Of a stretch of 35,296 nt of DNA, positions 12,231 through 22,678 are shown piece by piece (the first letter of the stretch is position 1; each line of letters starts with the position of its first letter). The notes below the pieces were generated by a model. It saw only the letters and a list, made by a program, of their open reading frames with translations. It was not told where the DNA came from and ran no database searches. Origin of the DNA: Peribolospora baueri (lineage: Eukaryota). The translations under genes and the position numbers were made by a program. The DNA is taken from assembly GCA_029717555.1 (NCBI GenBank), contig JAMDHS010000033.1, positions 186,001-221,296 on the forward strand, read 5' to 3'.

Positions 12231-12880
12231 CTACGAAGGCCTGCGTCCTAACACGAATAAATCATAAAGCTCTGGGTCCTCGTCGGGGTCGAAGCAACTG
12301 ACCATGCTCGCATCGGCCACTATCTTATACTGATCCCGCTCAGAGGAGTTTCGAGAGAAGTGAAGTGGTGATGGTCGGAAAGGGTCGAAACCTTGACGGT
12401 TATGGTCTACAGGCGACGAAGGGGAGGGGCGGACAGTATGGGCTGGCGATGTGGATCGCTGTTCCCTAGAGAGGCCTTGACTTTGACTTGGGGTGACAGG
12501 GTGGCCCATATGGCCCTGGAAGGGAAGCGGCAAAATGGAATAGGAGGGAGGCAGTCAAATCACCCGTAGTTGATAAGGGCAATGACTTCTTCTCAGAAAA
12601 GAAATAAACAAGAACATACCTCTTGGTGGACTTGAGATTCGTCCTCGAAAGGCCCTCGGCCCTTTCCCTTGTCTTTCCTGGGGTTCTCAACTTGCTTAGC
12701 GCCGCTGCTCGACAACCCTCCGTCCTCAGGAAAAGCACGACCCTTGCCCTTGTCCTTCGCCGGGGTCCGGACTTGCTCGGGGCCGCCGCTGGAAAACACT
12801 CCTCCCGCCGGCGACATCGTCGGTTGCAGGGGGTCACCAAAGATAGATCCACTGGGAAATGTAGTAGGCACACTTGCCAT
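12231..12880 (-). CDS. Small hypothetical protein (about 181 aa, 2 exons), disordered, with a compact C-terminal motif
   Basis: ATG at 12880; exon 12880-12620, intron GTATGT...TTCCAG, exon 12515-12231 in frame. Contains KDKGKGR twice and ends ADASMVSCFDPDEDPELYDLFVLGRRPS*. Confidence 0.7.
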
Positions 12881-13080
12881 ACCGCGTCGACCTATCAAGA
12901 CGATGAGGAAGACGAAGAGGACCTTTTGCGACTTTGGTGGTGACTAGCTGCTGATGTACAAGGTAACCTGGCGAACGAAGGCGAATGGCGCGTCGACGTT
13001 TGCCGCAGTACTTTCATGTTACCGAGCTTTCAGGTGGGGGATGACATGACAATGACGACGACGACGACGATCACTGGGAG

Positions 13081-14223
13081 ATGGACGCCACGACGACTCA
13101 AACACTGCTGCATGCATATGAGTCCTCTCGCATATTTTCTCAGGTGGACCACAAGTTGGCAGCCGAACACTCCTTGCGCTTCCGTTCTGCTCTCCAAAGA
13201 GGTCTTTCCGGCGCTGCGCCATCTGTGTCCGGACGCCCATTGGCGGCACTGCCCGACTCTCACGAGCTCCATAATCCAGCGTGCAATAGGTGCGGCTGTC
13301 TGCTCGTACTCCACGTCACCGCGGATTTAGTCATCACCAATCATGCGAAGCGTCGCCGACCTCACAAGAAGGTTCGTCTTGAGTCCGAAAGAGTCGACAG
13401 TCCCGAGGGAGCGGCCCAAGGCGGCAACGGAAAGCACGATCCAGACGGCGCGAAGCAGCGGTCGACAATGTTGACGACAACAACGACAATGATTCCCACC
13501 GCTACCAACTCCATCACGACGTCCTGTCGTTTATGTGGCCATCATTCCACCGTTCCTGGCTCTTCCAAAACGACACTGCAACAATTCCCCGCCCGCCCTG
13601 GAGGCAGGAGGTGGAGAAGAAGGGAGCAAGCGAGAAGAGAGAGGGGAGAGGGCTTGCAGAACCTGAGCCAGAAGGAGGGTTCGCATGCAAGTTCGTTTGT
13701 GACGTCTTCGACAACGATCCAGAGCCGAACAGCAGAATCTGCTGGAGATATCCCTGTCCAGCGCGTGGCTGGCTCTTCCGCATCCACCTCGAAGCCAAAG
13801 CACCTCGTCTCGACGGCTTCGTCTCGCTCATCCCCGTCTGGGAAGATGCCCGATACCCTCGCAACAAGTAGCCCGATCTCCGCAAGTAAGGTCACCAAAG
13901 CAGGTCCAAGCGCCAAGCTAGCGTCCCCTTCCGCCGTCCCCTCCGTCGACCCTGCGAGAGCTCGCACGTCCGGATCCTCGACCAGTCTCTCATCATCCTC
14001 GTCTTCCACGCCGAGAATGTCAGCACAAAGTTCAGTTGGCGCCGGCGCCAACGTTCCTCTTCCTTCAGCGCCTTCGACAACGTCGAAAGCGAAGCGAAAA
14101 CGGAACGCCCACAAGGAGAGCCTACAGGGGATGCTGGCGCGAAACAGGGAGCGACAGGAGAAGGAGGAGCGGGAGAAGGCGGCCGGAGGTGGAGGGTTGG
14201 CTGGATTCTTGAGTATGCTTTGA
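13081..14223 (+). CDS. Rpr2/Rpp21/SNM1-like RNase P/MRP Zn-ribbon subunit with a long Ser-rich tail (intronless)
   Basis: N-terminal helices followed by CNRCGCLL ... TSCRLCGH (two CxxC pairs), a Ser/Thr/Pro-rich linker, a KAKRKR NLS-like stretch and the ending GLAGFLSML. The family call is by pattern only. Confidence 0.6.
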   Translation: MDATTTQTLLHAYESSRIFSQVDHKLAAEHSLRFRSALQRGLSGAAPSVSGRPLAALPDSHELHNPACNRCGCLLVLHVTADLVITNHAKRRRPHKKVRLESERVDSPEGAAQGGNGKHDPDGAKQRSTMLTTTTTMIPTATNSITTSCRLCGHHSTVPGSSKTTLQQFPARPGGRRWRRREQARRERGEGLQNLSQKEGSHASSFVTSSTTIQSRTAESAGDIPVQRVAGSSASTSKPKHLVSTASSRSSPSGKMPDTLATSSPISASKVTKAGPSAKLASPSAVPSVDPARARTSGSSTSLSSSSSSTPRMSAQSSVGAGANVPLPSAPSTTSKAKRKRNAHKESLQGMLARNRERQEKEEREKAAGGGGLAGFLSML

Positions 14224-14391
14224 TGGGAATGAACAGATAAGCGCGATCGCTTTACGTATGTCAAGCACTCGCGCGTGTGCATGTTGTGTGTGAATGTCGT
14301 CTCTGAGAGCGGCATAACATACCAGCAGCGCAGGCGATTTTACAGCAAACCCTACAGGACCATTCGGTCACCGCCGCATCTTCAGATAAAT

Positions 14392-16589
14392 CTACATGCC
14401 GACTCTTATCCTAGCCCATTGAACCAACTTTCCCAACGCAGCGACGAGCCCAAGTCCACCTTCGCCTCCACCACGCTGAGGCGTGCCCCGGTCCTGCGCG
14501 ACGCCGCCGTCCTCGTCGTCCTGAATCGCCGGGCCGAGGTGGGCGGTACGAGCGGAGCCGGCGCCTTGGAAACGGCGCGCGTTCAACGCCTCGTCAAGAG
14601 CTGATGCTAGGGACGTTACGGAGTCGTGGAAGCATGCTTCCAGCTCGGCTGAGAGGGAGACGTAGGGTTCTGTCGCAGAGAGCCAACGAAACGCCGTGAG
14701 ACACTAAGCACCTCATCTAAGCCAAGGTGATTAAAAAAAAGGTCATCGACCGACAACGGATTGACTAGTTTTCACTCACTTCGCACTACATACGGCGCGA
14801 TGCCATTGTACCTCCGCACCTTGTCATTGAGCATCTCCACCTCCTTCTCATGGAACCTGCGCTCCTTCTCCACCCACTCCGGATCGCTGTACGCCCTGGC
14901 GACGCTCATCGTCGGCTTTTCATTGCCGTCTCTGTCAGCGGCGGCTGGACCTGAGGTGGCGCCGGATTTGTTAAGGGATAGAGAGGGGTTGGAGAGGATC
15001 ATACGCGAGGCTCGTCGAACCCAGTTGGAGCGGAGGCGAAGGCGGAAAGAGTTGACATCCGACTCTAGTTCTGCAACACAGATGGAGAGGGGCCGGGAGC
15101 GCACGGCAAGCCGGAATAGCGTTGCATTAAGGCCCCAAGGCGAGTGGACAATCTCAGCGATCGCCTTCCCTCGCCACTAGGCACAGCAGCGTGCCTTGCG
15201 AGGCCGCTCGGTACAACTCAGTATAGCAACCGATTCGCACTACTCACCTCCCTGTAACTCGACCCAAGGTGGAGCGGCGCCTTGGCGCTGGATCATACGG
15301 TTCATGAGAAACTCTTCTCGGCCGATGTACGGGTTGGACTCGTTGGCGTCCTTTGGCAGGGGTTTACCTCGGAGCCGGTTCTTGTCGAAGTGACCCGCTT
15401 GGCGAGCTTGCTATGCTCGGGACAGATGTGGCGTGGAACGGGAGGGTGGCCAGCGGGGACGTTGTCAGTCGCGAAGAGCCGTCACACGGAGAGGATGCAG
15501 AGACGGGGCGCAAAGACGGAGAGGCCAGGTCTCCTCACCTCGATCCTCTCATCCACCAACGATCGCCACGCTCTAATACTCTGAGGCATGGGCCTTCGTC
15601 CTCCCTCGCCACCTCCGCCGTACCGATCACGCACGCCAGCCCTGCGATCCATCATGTCCAAGCGATAATCCACGACGCTCTCTTTGGCCGAGACGATGCG
15701 CTCCTTTTGTCTTGCCGTCTTGACGGTCTCACGGATCGCCCTCATCGCCTTGGGGTCGTCTACGGGTAGGTTTCCCTTTAACGGCAATCGAGACTGGGAA
15801 GATGAGCCCAGTCGAAGGTGCTTCGTGCCGTACCGAACCGAGGGTTCGTTAGAGACAGTGTGCGAGGGTCGAACAAAGGTCAGATCAAAGTCCCATGGGT
15901 TCTTTGGCCCAGTCAACTCCGACTCAGCCTCCAACGGTCTCTTTCCTTTTTCCGATGCAGGGGCCTGCGTGCCGTTCGGAGAGATATACGTCGGTTTCTG
16001 GACGCTCTTCATCTTCTCGGCCACCGGGTCCAGAGGATCGGACGAGCGAGCACCGCGCAGAGGCTTGTGCTTGTCCACGAGCATGCGAAGTACGGCGTCG
16101 TGTTGACTCTCTATTGAAATCGAAGCCGTTCCGGTCAACCTCTACGTCAGCACTCTGGGCGTGCAGAAAGACTCGAGGAGGGCTGTGCTCACCTTCGCCT
16201 GTCCACGGCGTGTCCTCTGCGATCAACTTGACCAGTCTGTCCTTTTTCAGCCGAAGCTCCTCCTCTTCCTCCTCCCTTGCAGCGTCCTCGAACAGCTTCG
16301 ACGAGCCCGTCTTAGGACTGCTCTCCTGCGTGTCTGCGCGATCATCGGTGGGAGCATGCTCGGTTGCCGCACTAGTTGATGTGTCATCTCGAGAGCGAGG
16401 ATCTGTTGCGACGCTCGAGGAGGAGAATGCAAGATGTGGCGGTGGACGGGAGATGGAGGAGTTCTGCAGCAGCGTGGGTCCTCGGCAGCGCGGGCACCTC
16501 GACAATACAGCCGAAGTGAGTGCGGTGACGTTCGAAGAGGGTGCGAGAGACCTGGCGCATCGGACCGCTCGAAGACTACTGGCCGTCAT
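14392..16589 (-). CDS. Mitochondrial DUF1992 (DNAJC28 conserved domain) protein (5 exons)
   Basis: Arg/Ser-rich presequence, then WTGEESQHDAVLRMLVDKHKPLR. Spliced SLVDERIE|QARQAGHFDKNRLRGKPL...EEFLMNRMIQRQGAAPPWVELQ, then KVRRYNGIAP. The exon carrying the domain core (about 15249-15410) is absent from the ORF track. Confidence 0.85.
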
Positions 16590-17133
16590 CTTGTCCGCGC
16601 GGGCATGTACAACGGGTCTACCTAGACACGAGCAAGGCGTGGGCGGATCAGAAAGGAGCTCGGAGACGGATCAAGGGCACGAAGAGGGGAGACCAGTCAG
16701 CGAGGGGCGATGGTACAATGGTATGGATGAAGTCAAATGTGTTCTCTGTGTATGGTCTCTCGTATGGGCAGTGGACGAAGCTGACGGTGGCGATGGATCG
16801 TCGTCTCCGAGGTCACTCCTTCTTACCGCAGCGGAACTTTAGCAAGCGCCGCCTTCGGGTGTCCTCGGCCTCGTTCGCAGATCACATATACGAGGACCCG
16901 CCGAGGTAGCCAACGGTGAGCAGCCCGAGCGCATGCGGTCTAGGGTTCTGCCGAGAGTCTGCTGGAGCGGAGGGCGTCTGGCCACGCACGTAGACATTGT
17001 GGGAAGAGGGCCTTAGAGAAGCAGCAGCTTGTCTCCTCGGCTGGACATGGCATAGCGACCACGCTCCGTTGGCTAACTTGTTGTCGCCCATCTCTCACGG
17101 ACCCACCAGACATACCGCTCGAATGAGCGAGCC

Positions 17134-17430
17134 ATGCCGCCCCCACTGCGCCTGTCTGCGTCAACGCGACGCTCCTTGATGTCGTCGCTTTTTGGGTTCA
17201 CTTTCGTCGGCGCCGTGCTCACTGTGGCCGCCTCGACCATCCTGCCCTGTCCCGCTTCTAAGCGCAGGGGCGCTCTCGCGGACGAGAGCGAAATTGGGGT
17301 GGATGTGGGAGGGGAGGAAGAAAATGTAGGCCGACCGGAAAAGAGGAAGAGGACGCGAGTGGTGGAGTTGTCGAGGAAGGGAGGATGGATGATGGAAGAA
17401 GTGAGGCCCAAGCCGAGGGAGACCCGGTGA
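17134..17430 (+). CDS. COA2: Cytochrome c oxidase assembly factor 2-like small protein (98 aa)
   Basis: Basic N-terminus, then SLFGFTFVGAVLTVAASTILPCPA, which resembles the recalled yeast Coa2 segment (LYFSTFLIAFASVAIGSVLPCPA), followed by a charged tail. Confidence 0.72.
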   Translation: MPPPLRLSASTRRSLMSSLFGFTFVGAVLTVAASTILPCPASKRRGALADESEIGVDVGGEEENVGRPEKRKRTRVVELSRKGGWMMEEVRPKPRETR

Positions 17431-18295
17431 CGCGGGGCGAAAAGGGTGAGTGAGTCGTGCGCATTCGTTGTTCCCACCGCCGTCCTCGTCCAAGCCTTGC
17501 TCGTTTTGGATGTTTGGACACGAGTGCAAGACAATTCCGCCGGCGAGCGCCGCAAGGGGTACAGCGCTTGCCTCTGAGTACCTTGTCGGTGCATGGATGG
17601 GACCCGCTGACGTCGTCCCTCATTCTCGTCGTGCTTCAGCAGGCGAACATGTCCTTCTCCCTGTCCATTCTCACCGTTGAGTAGCGAGGGGAATTCTGGC
17701 TAGCGCATCTTCATTAGACATGGCTTGTACGCCGCACATCTGTACAAATACTGCCTACAGTACATACATACACGATAAGCGCTACTATGCATCCCACGAC
17801 GACCCGAGGCACACTTCTCTTTACCTCGGGCCCCCTTTCAAATAAGGCATCCTGAAGCCCTGGAGAGAGAAGACAAAGAGGTTATCGGTTCGGTCCACCC
17901 CGCCTCGACATGGGTAGCGAGTGTGGGATGAAAATCGTATCTAGTGATGAACGGACGTCAGCGTCGGAACGGAGTTGTAGTTGTCCTTCCGCGCGGGCTG
18001 TCCGACTTTGACTGGCTTGGAAAACGCTGGCTGAGGCAACAATAGAGAGTCAGGGTTTCAGTGCTTACCACCACCTGTCCGAACGCGGACGACACTACTG
18101 TCTGTGTCTGAACGGTGTCCGACGAGGTGATACGGAAGAGGATCCGCTCGCTCGCATCCTATTCTATTGTCTCTTCAGCCTTGTCTCTTCTTGCCTCATA
18201 TCACGGTTATCGGTATACAACGGGTTGAAGCACGCGCTAGTCCACCCCCAATAACCAACCACCACCAGTCTCGGTCGTCCGTCCTTTCGCCTTTA

Positions 18296-21200
18296 ATGCA
18301 ACTACCCTCCCTCCGACTCTCCTTCCGATCCCTCTCCATCGTCTCCATCGTCGCTCCCTCCTCGTTCCTCACATCCCCCCTCGCTCACTACCGGGCAGCA
18401 CGCACGATGGCTACAGCCACCGCCGGTATGGACACCATCAAGGCCAAGGTCATCGATGGCACCGCTCTCGCAAAGTGAGCTACCTGGCTTCCCCACCCCT
18501 CGTCGCCGTCTGCCAAAGCGAAGATGCGCTGGCCTCCTCCCAGAAGTCCGATCCCGAGCCCTTGCTTGACGCAGCTTCAAGGCTCCACGACGCTGACCCT
18601 TCTCGTATCTCGCCAGGTCCATTCGCGCGGACATCGCGACCCGCATCGCCGACATCCAAGCCGAAGCCAAGGCGGCTGGCCGTCCTGTCCTCTCCCCACC
18701 CCACCTGACCATTCTCCAAGTGGGCACCGTCTCGTCCTCCTCGACATACGTGCGTATGAAGAAGCTTGCGGCGCAAGAGGCCGGCATCCGCTTCACGCAT
18801 GTCAATCTGCCCGAGGGCGTCGGCGAGGAGGAGGTGGTCCAGCGCGTCAAAACGCTCAGCGCGGACCCCGAGGTGGACGGATTGCTGGTTCAGCTTCCTC
18901 TCGGTGAGGAGGGAGGCAAGTTGGCGGGGAACAAGGACGCTGAGCGCAGGGTTACCGAGTCCGTCGGACCCTCCAAGGATGTAGACGGGTGAGCGGCGGT
19001 CGGCTCTGCGGGCTGGAACTCGCTCTCTCGCTCTCGACGAGGCTTTAACGACCTGCGTCTGTCTCCTTTCAGCTTCCATCCCCTCAATATTGGAATGCTC
19101 GCCTCCAAGTCCGCCTCTCCTCTCTTCTTCCCCTGCACCCCAGCCGGCGTCATACGACTCATCGAGAGCACCGGCACCTCCATCGCGGGGAAGAACGTCG
19201 TCGTCCTGGGTCGCAGCGATATCGTGGGCAACCCTGTAGCTGCTCTGCTCAGGAGTCGTGATGCCACGGTCACCCAATGTCATTCCAAGACGGAGAAGTT
19301 GGAAGAGGTGGTGAGTGCCCGCTTAAGGCATGCCTCAGTTTTTTTTTCCCCTTCGATGCTCATTCTCCACTCCTCTTTGACTCATACGTGGTCAGATCGC
19401 CCAAGCCGATATCCTGGTTGCGGCGATTGGAAAGCCCGAGTTCGCCAAGGGCGAATGGATTAAGGAGGGCGCCGTCGTCATCGATGTCGGAACTAACTAC
19501 ATCCCCGGTGAGTCGTTGTTGGTACGAGAAACGACGACTCGTGTGCACGCACCGCGTTTACCTATCTCCTTTTCACCTCCTCATCGCACTTGAAGACTCG
19601 ACGAAGAAGTCGGGCTACCGCCTCGTCGGAGACGTCCATTTCGCCTCGGCAGCTCAGCGCGCTTCGCACATCACGCCCGTTCCAGGAGGCGTGGGCCCCA
19701 TGACCGTGGCGATGCTCGTTTCTAACGTCTTCCTCTCCTACTCCCGTTCCCTCGCCTCCGGATCCCGCAAGCCTCGAGGCGTGACAACGCCGAACCCGCT
19801 CGAGCTGCTCCAGAAGGTGCCAAGCGACATTGAGATCGCCAGGAAGCAGCGTCCTCGGGACGTAAGCGACATCGCCAGGGAGGCCGGTCTTATCGAGACG
19901 GAGATCGAGAGCTATGGTCGCACCAAGGCCAAGATCGAGCTGAGCGTGCTGGAGAGATTGAAGGATAGGAGGGACGGCAAGTATATTGTCGTCGCCGGGT
20001 GAGCAGACAAGCGGAGTTCCTCGTCCTGTGGCCCTTGTCCTTGTCTGCTGAGTCTGACCTCTCGTTCCCACCGGACTGTTCAGCATCACCCCAACGCCTC
20101 TCGGCGAGGGCAAGTCGACGACGACGATCGGCCTCGCCCAGGCGCTCGGCGCCCACCTCAGCAAGCCCGCGTTCGCCTGCGTGCGCCAGCCGTCTCAAGG
20201 TCCCACGTTCGGCATCAAGGGAGGCGCCGCCGGTGGCGGTTACTCACAGGTCATTCCCATGGACGAGTTCAATCTGCACTTGACGGGCGACATTCACGCC
20301 GTGCAGGCCGCTAACAATCTGTTGGGTGAGTTTTAGTTCGACCGCCGCCGACGGCTGTCATTTCGCTCGAGAGTCAGCTCCGTATGCGCGATGCTAAGCT
20401 TACTGTTCCACTTGCTCCTTTTGCGTCGTCCTTCCAGCCGCCGCTATCGACGCACGCATGTTCCACGAGTCGACCCAGACCGACAAAGCGCTCTTCAGCC
20501 GCCTCTGTCCTGCAAAAAAGGGCGTCCGAAGCTTCAGTCCGGTTATGATCAAGCGCCTGCAGAAGCTCGGCATCGACAAGACCAACCCTGACGACCTGAC
20601 GCCGGAGGAAGTCACGCGCTTCGTTCGACTGGACATTGACCCCGAGACGATCACTTGGCATCGTGTCGTGGATACCAACGACAGATTCTTGAGGAAGATC
20701 ACCGTTGGGCAGAACGAGACCGAGCAAGGGAAGGAGAGGGTCACAGGCTTCGACATTGCCGTCGCGAGCGAGTGCATGGCCGTCTTGGCTCTCAGCACGG
20801 ATATGAAAGATATGCGCGAGCGGTGCGTGGCGCCCGTCCATCATGAAGAAATCTCTGGGCGCTTTGGCTGATCCGTTTGTCTTGCCTGGTCGGTCCACAG
20901 TCTCGGCCGCATGGTCATCGCCTCCTCGAAGGCTGGCGAGCCTCTCACCGCCGATGACATCGGCATCGGCGGAGCCTTGACGGTGCTCATGAAGGACGCC
21001 ATCAAGCCTAACCTCATGCAGACGCTCGAAGGCACGCCGGTGTTCGTCCATGCCGGTCCCTTTGCCAACATTGCCCACGGTCAGTCGAAGCGTGTTTCCG
21101 GATCGGACCGTCGTTGGGGAGGAGTGAAGCTTACCCCTTCGTCTGTCCCCGAACCTTTGATCGCAGGCAACTCGTCCATCCTCGCTGACCGTGTGGCCCT

Positions 21201-22431
21201 CAAGCTGGCGGGCACCGAAGACGGCGAATCTCCGGAGCAAGCTGGCTATGTGATCACGGAAGCCGGCTTCGGCGCGGATATCGGGATGGAAAAGTTCTGC
21301 AACATCAAGTGCCGTGTCTCTGGCCTCGTCCCTGACGCCGTCGTTCTCGTCGCCACCGTGCGCGCGCTCAAGATGCACGGAGGCGGTCCCGACGTTACTC
21401 CCGGCAAGCCTCTGCCCGAGACATACACGCAGGAGAACCTGGACTTGCTCGAGAAGGGTTGCCAAAACTTGGCCAAGCACATCGAGAACGCCAAGAAGTA
21501 CGGTCTCAAGGTCATCGTCGCGGTGAACAAGTTTGCGTGAGTAGCCCGGCCCGGGCCGAGCACCCATCCTCGTTTGTCCGACGGATCGGGCTGGATGGAT
21601 GTACGGGCAATCGCTCATCGTTCGTGACGCTTTTTTTCCTTCGGTCGCGCAGCTCCGACACGGACACTGAGCTGGCGCTCGTGGTCAAGCAAGCGCTCGT
21701 GGCTGGTGCCGACGCGGCCGTGCCATGCGACCACTGGGCTCGAGGAGGCCTGGGAGCGATCAATCTCGCCAAAGCGGTGATCACGACGTGCGCTTCCACG
21801 AGCGTGTCCAACGCAGACTTCAAGTTCCTCTACGATCTCGACGCTTCGATCGAGAGCAAGATGAACACGATTGCCAAGGAGATGTATGGCGCGGATGGCG
21901 TCGAGCTCAGCGAGGCTGCGAAGCAGCACGTTGAGACGTATGAGAGGCAGGGCTACGCGGACCTGCCGATTTGCATGGCCAAGACGGCGCTGAGCCTCAG
22001 TCACGATCCTAAGCTCAAGGGCCGTCCGAGCGGTGAGCGAGCGGGCTTCTGGACCTACTGGGAGAAAGCGGGCTTGATCGTTGCACCTGTTGAACCGGTA
22101 CGTGCATGTGCTGACCCGTCGTTCCTTGCTTTTGTCGCGTTCCCGCCCACTGGGTCGGATAGGCTTCACCGTGCCCATCCGCTCTGTCAAGCTCGCGGCC
22201 GGCGCCTCGTTCCTCTACCCGCTCGTGGGCGACATGCAGACCCTCCCCGGTCTTTCCACTCGCCCAGGTGAGCTCGCCGATGTCGTCGTCGTCGTCGTCT
22301 TACCACGAAAGCCATGTTAGGGACGTCTTGGAGCTCACGTTCCTCGCCTTCTCCCGCCCCTTCCTCCCGGATTCTCAGGCTACTACGATATCGACGTCGA
22401 CGAGGACGGCCAGGTGGTGGGCATGTTCTGA
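18296..22431 (+). CDS. ADE3: Trifunctional C1-tetrahydrofolate synthase (ADE3/MIS1/MTHFD1; 12 exons)
   Basis: [124 protein letters not shown] and LPICMAKT; ends VVGMF*. Eleven GT-AG introns. Confidence 0.98.
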
Positions 22432-22678
22432 TCTAATCGGTGCCTTCCGTCTTTCAGACCGGTAGAGGCGATAGAAGCGTAGATCGCCCGTCCCACACCC
22501 TTCTTCTCCTTCCTTTTCATGGGTATTATTTCCTTCTTCGGATCGGCGAAAAAAAAAAAAGCCATGTGTTCTCTTAGAAATCAAATTTGGTCTCCGAGAA
22601 AAGGATTGCAGAAAATGACGGGGCGAAAAGAAGGGATGGTGTCATGGCATCCTATTCCCCCACCCGCACCTCTCCCCA

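Noticed and set aside
17944..18034. Possible box C/D snoRNA (GTGATGA ... CTGA, about 90 nt)
   Set aside because: No terminal stem and no rRNA-complementary guide that I can recognise; it would need snoscan/Infernal to be revived.
20374..21618. 414-aa minus-strand ORF and other long antisense ORFs
   Set aside because: Shadow ORFs opposite GC3-biased genes (here C1-THF synthase); they cross introns and lack motifs.
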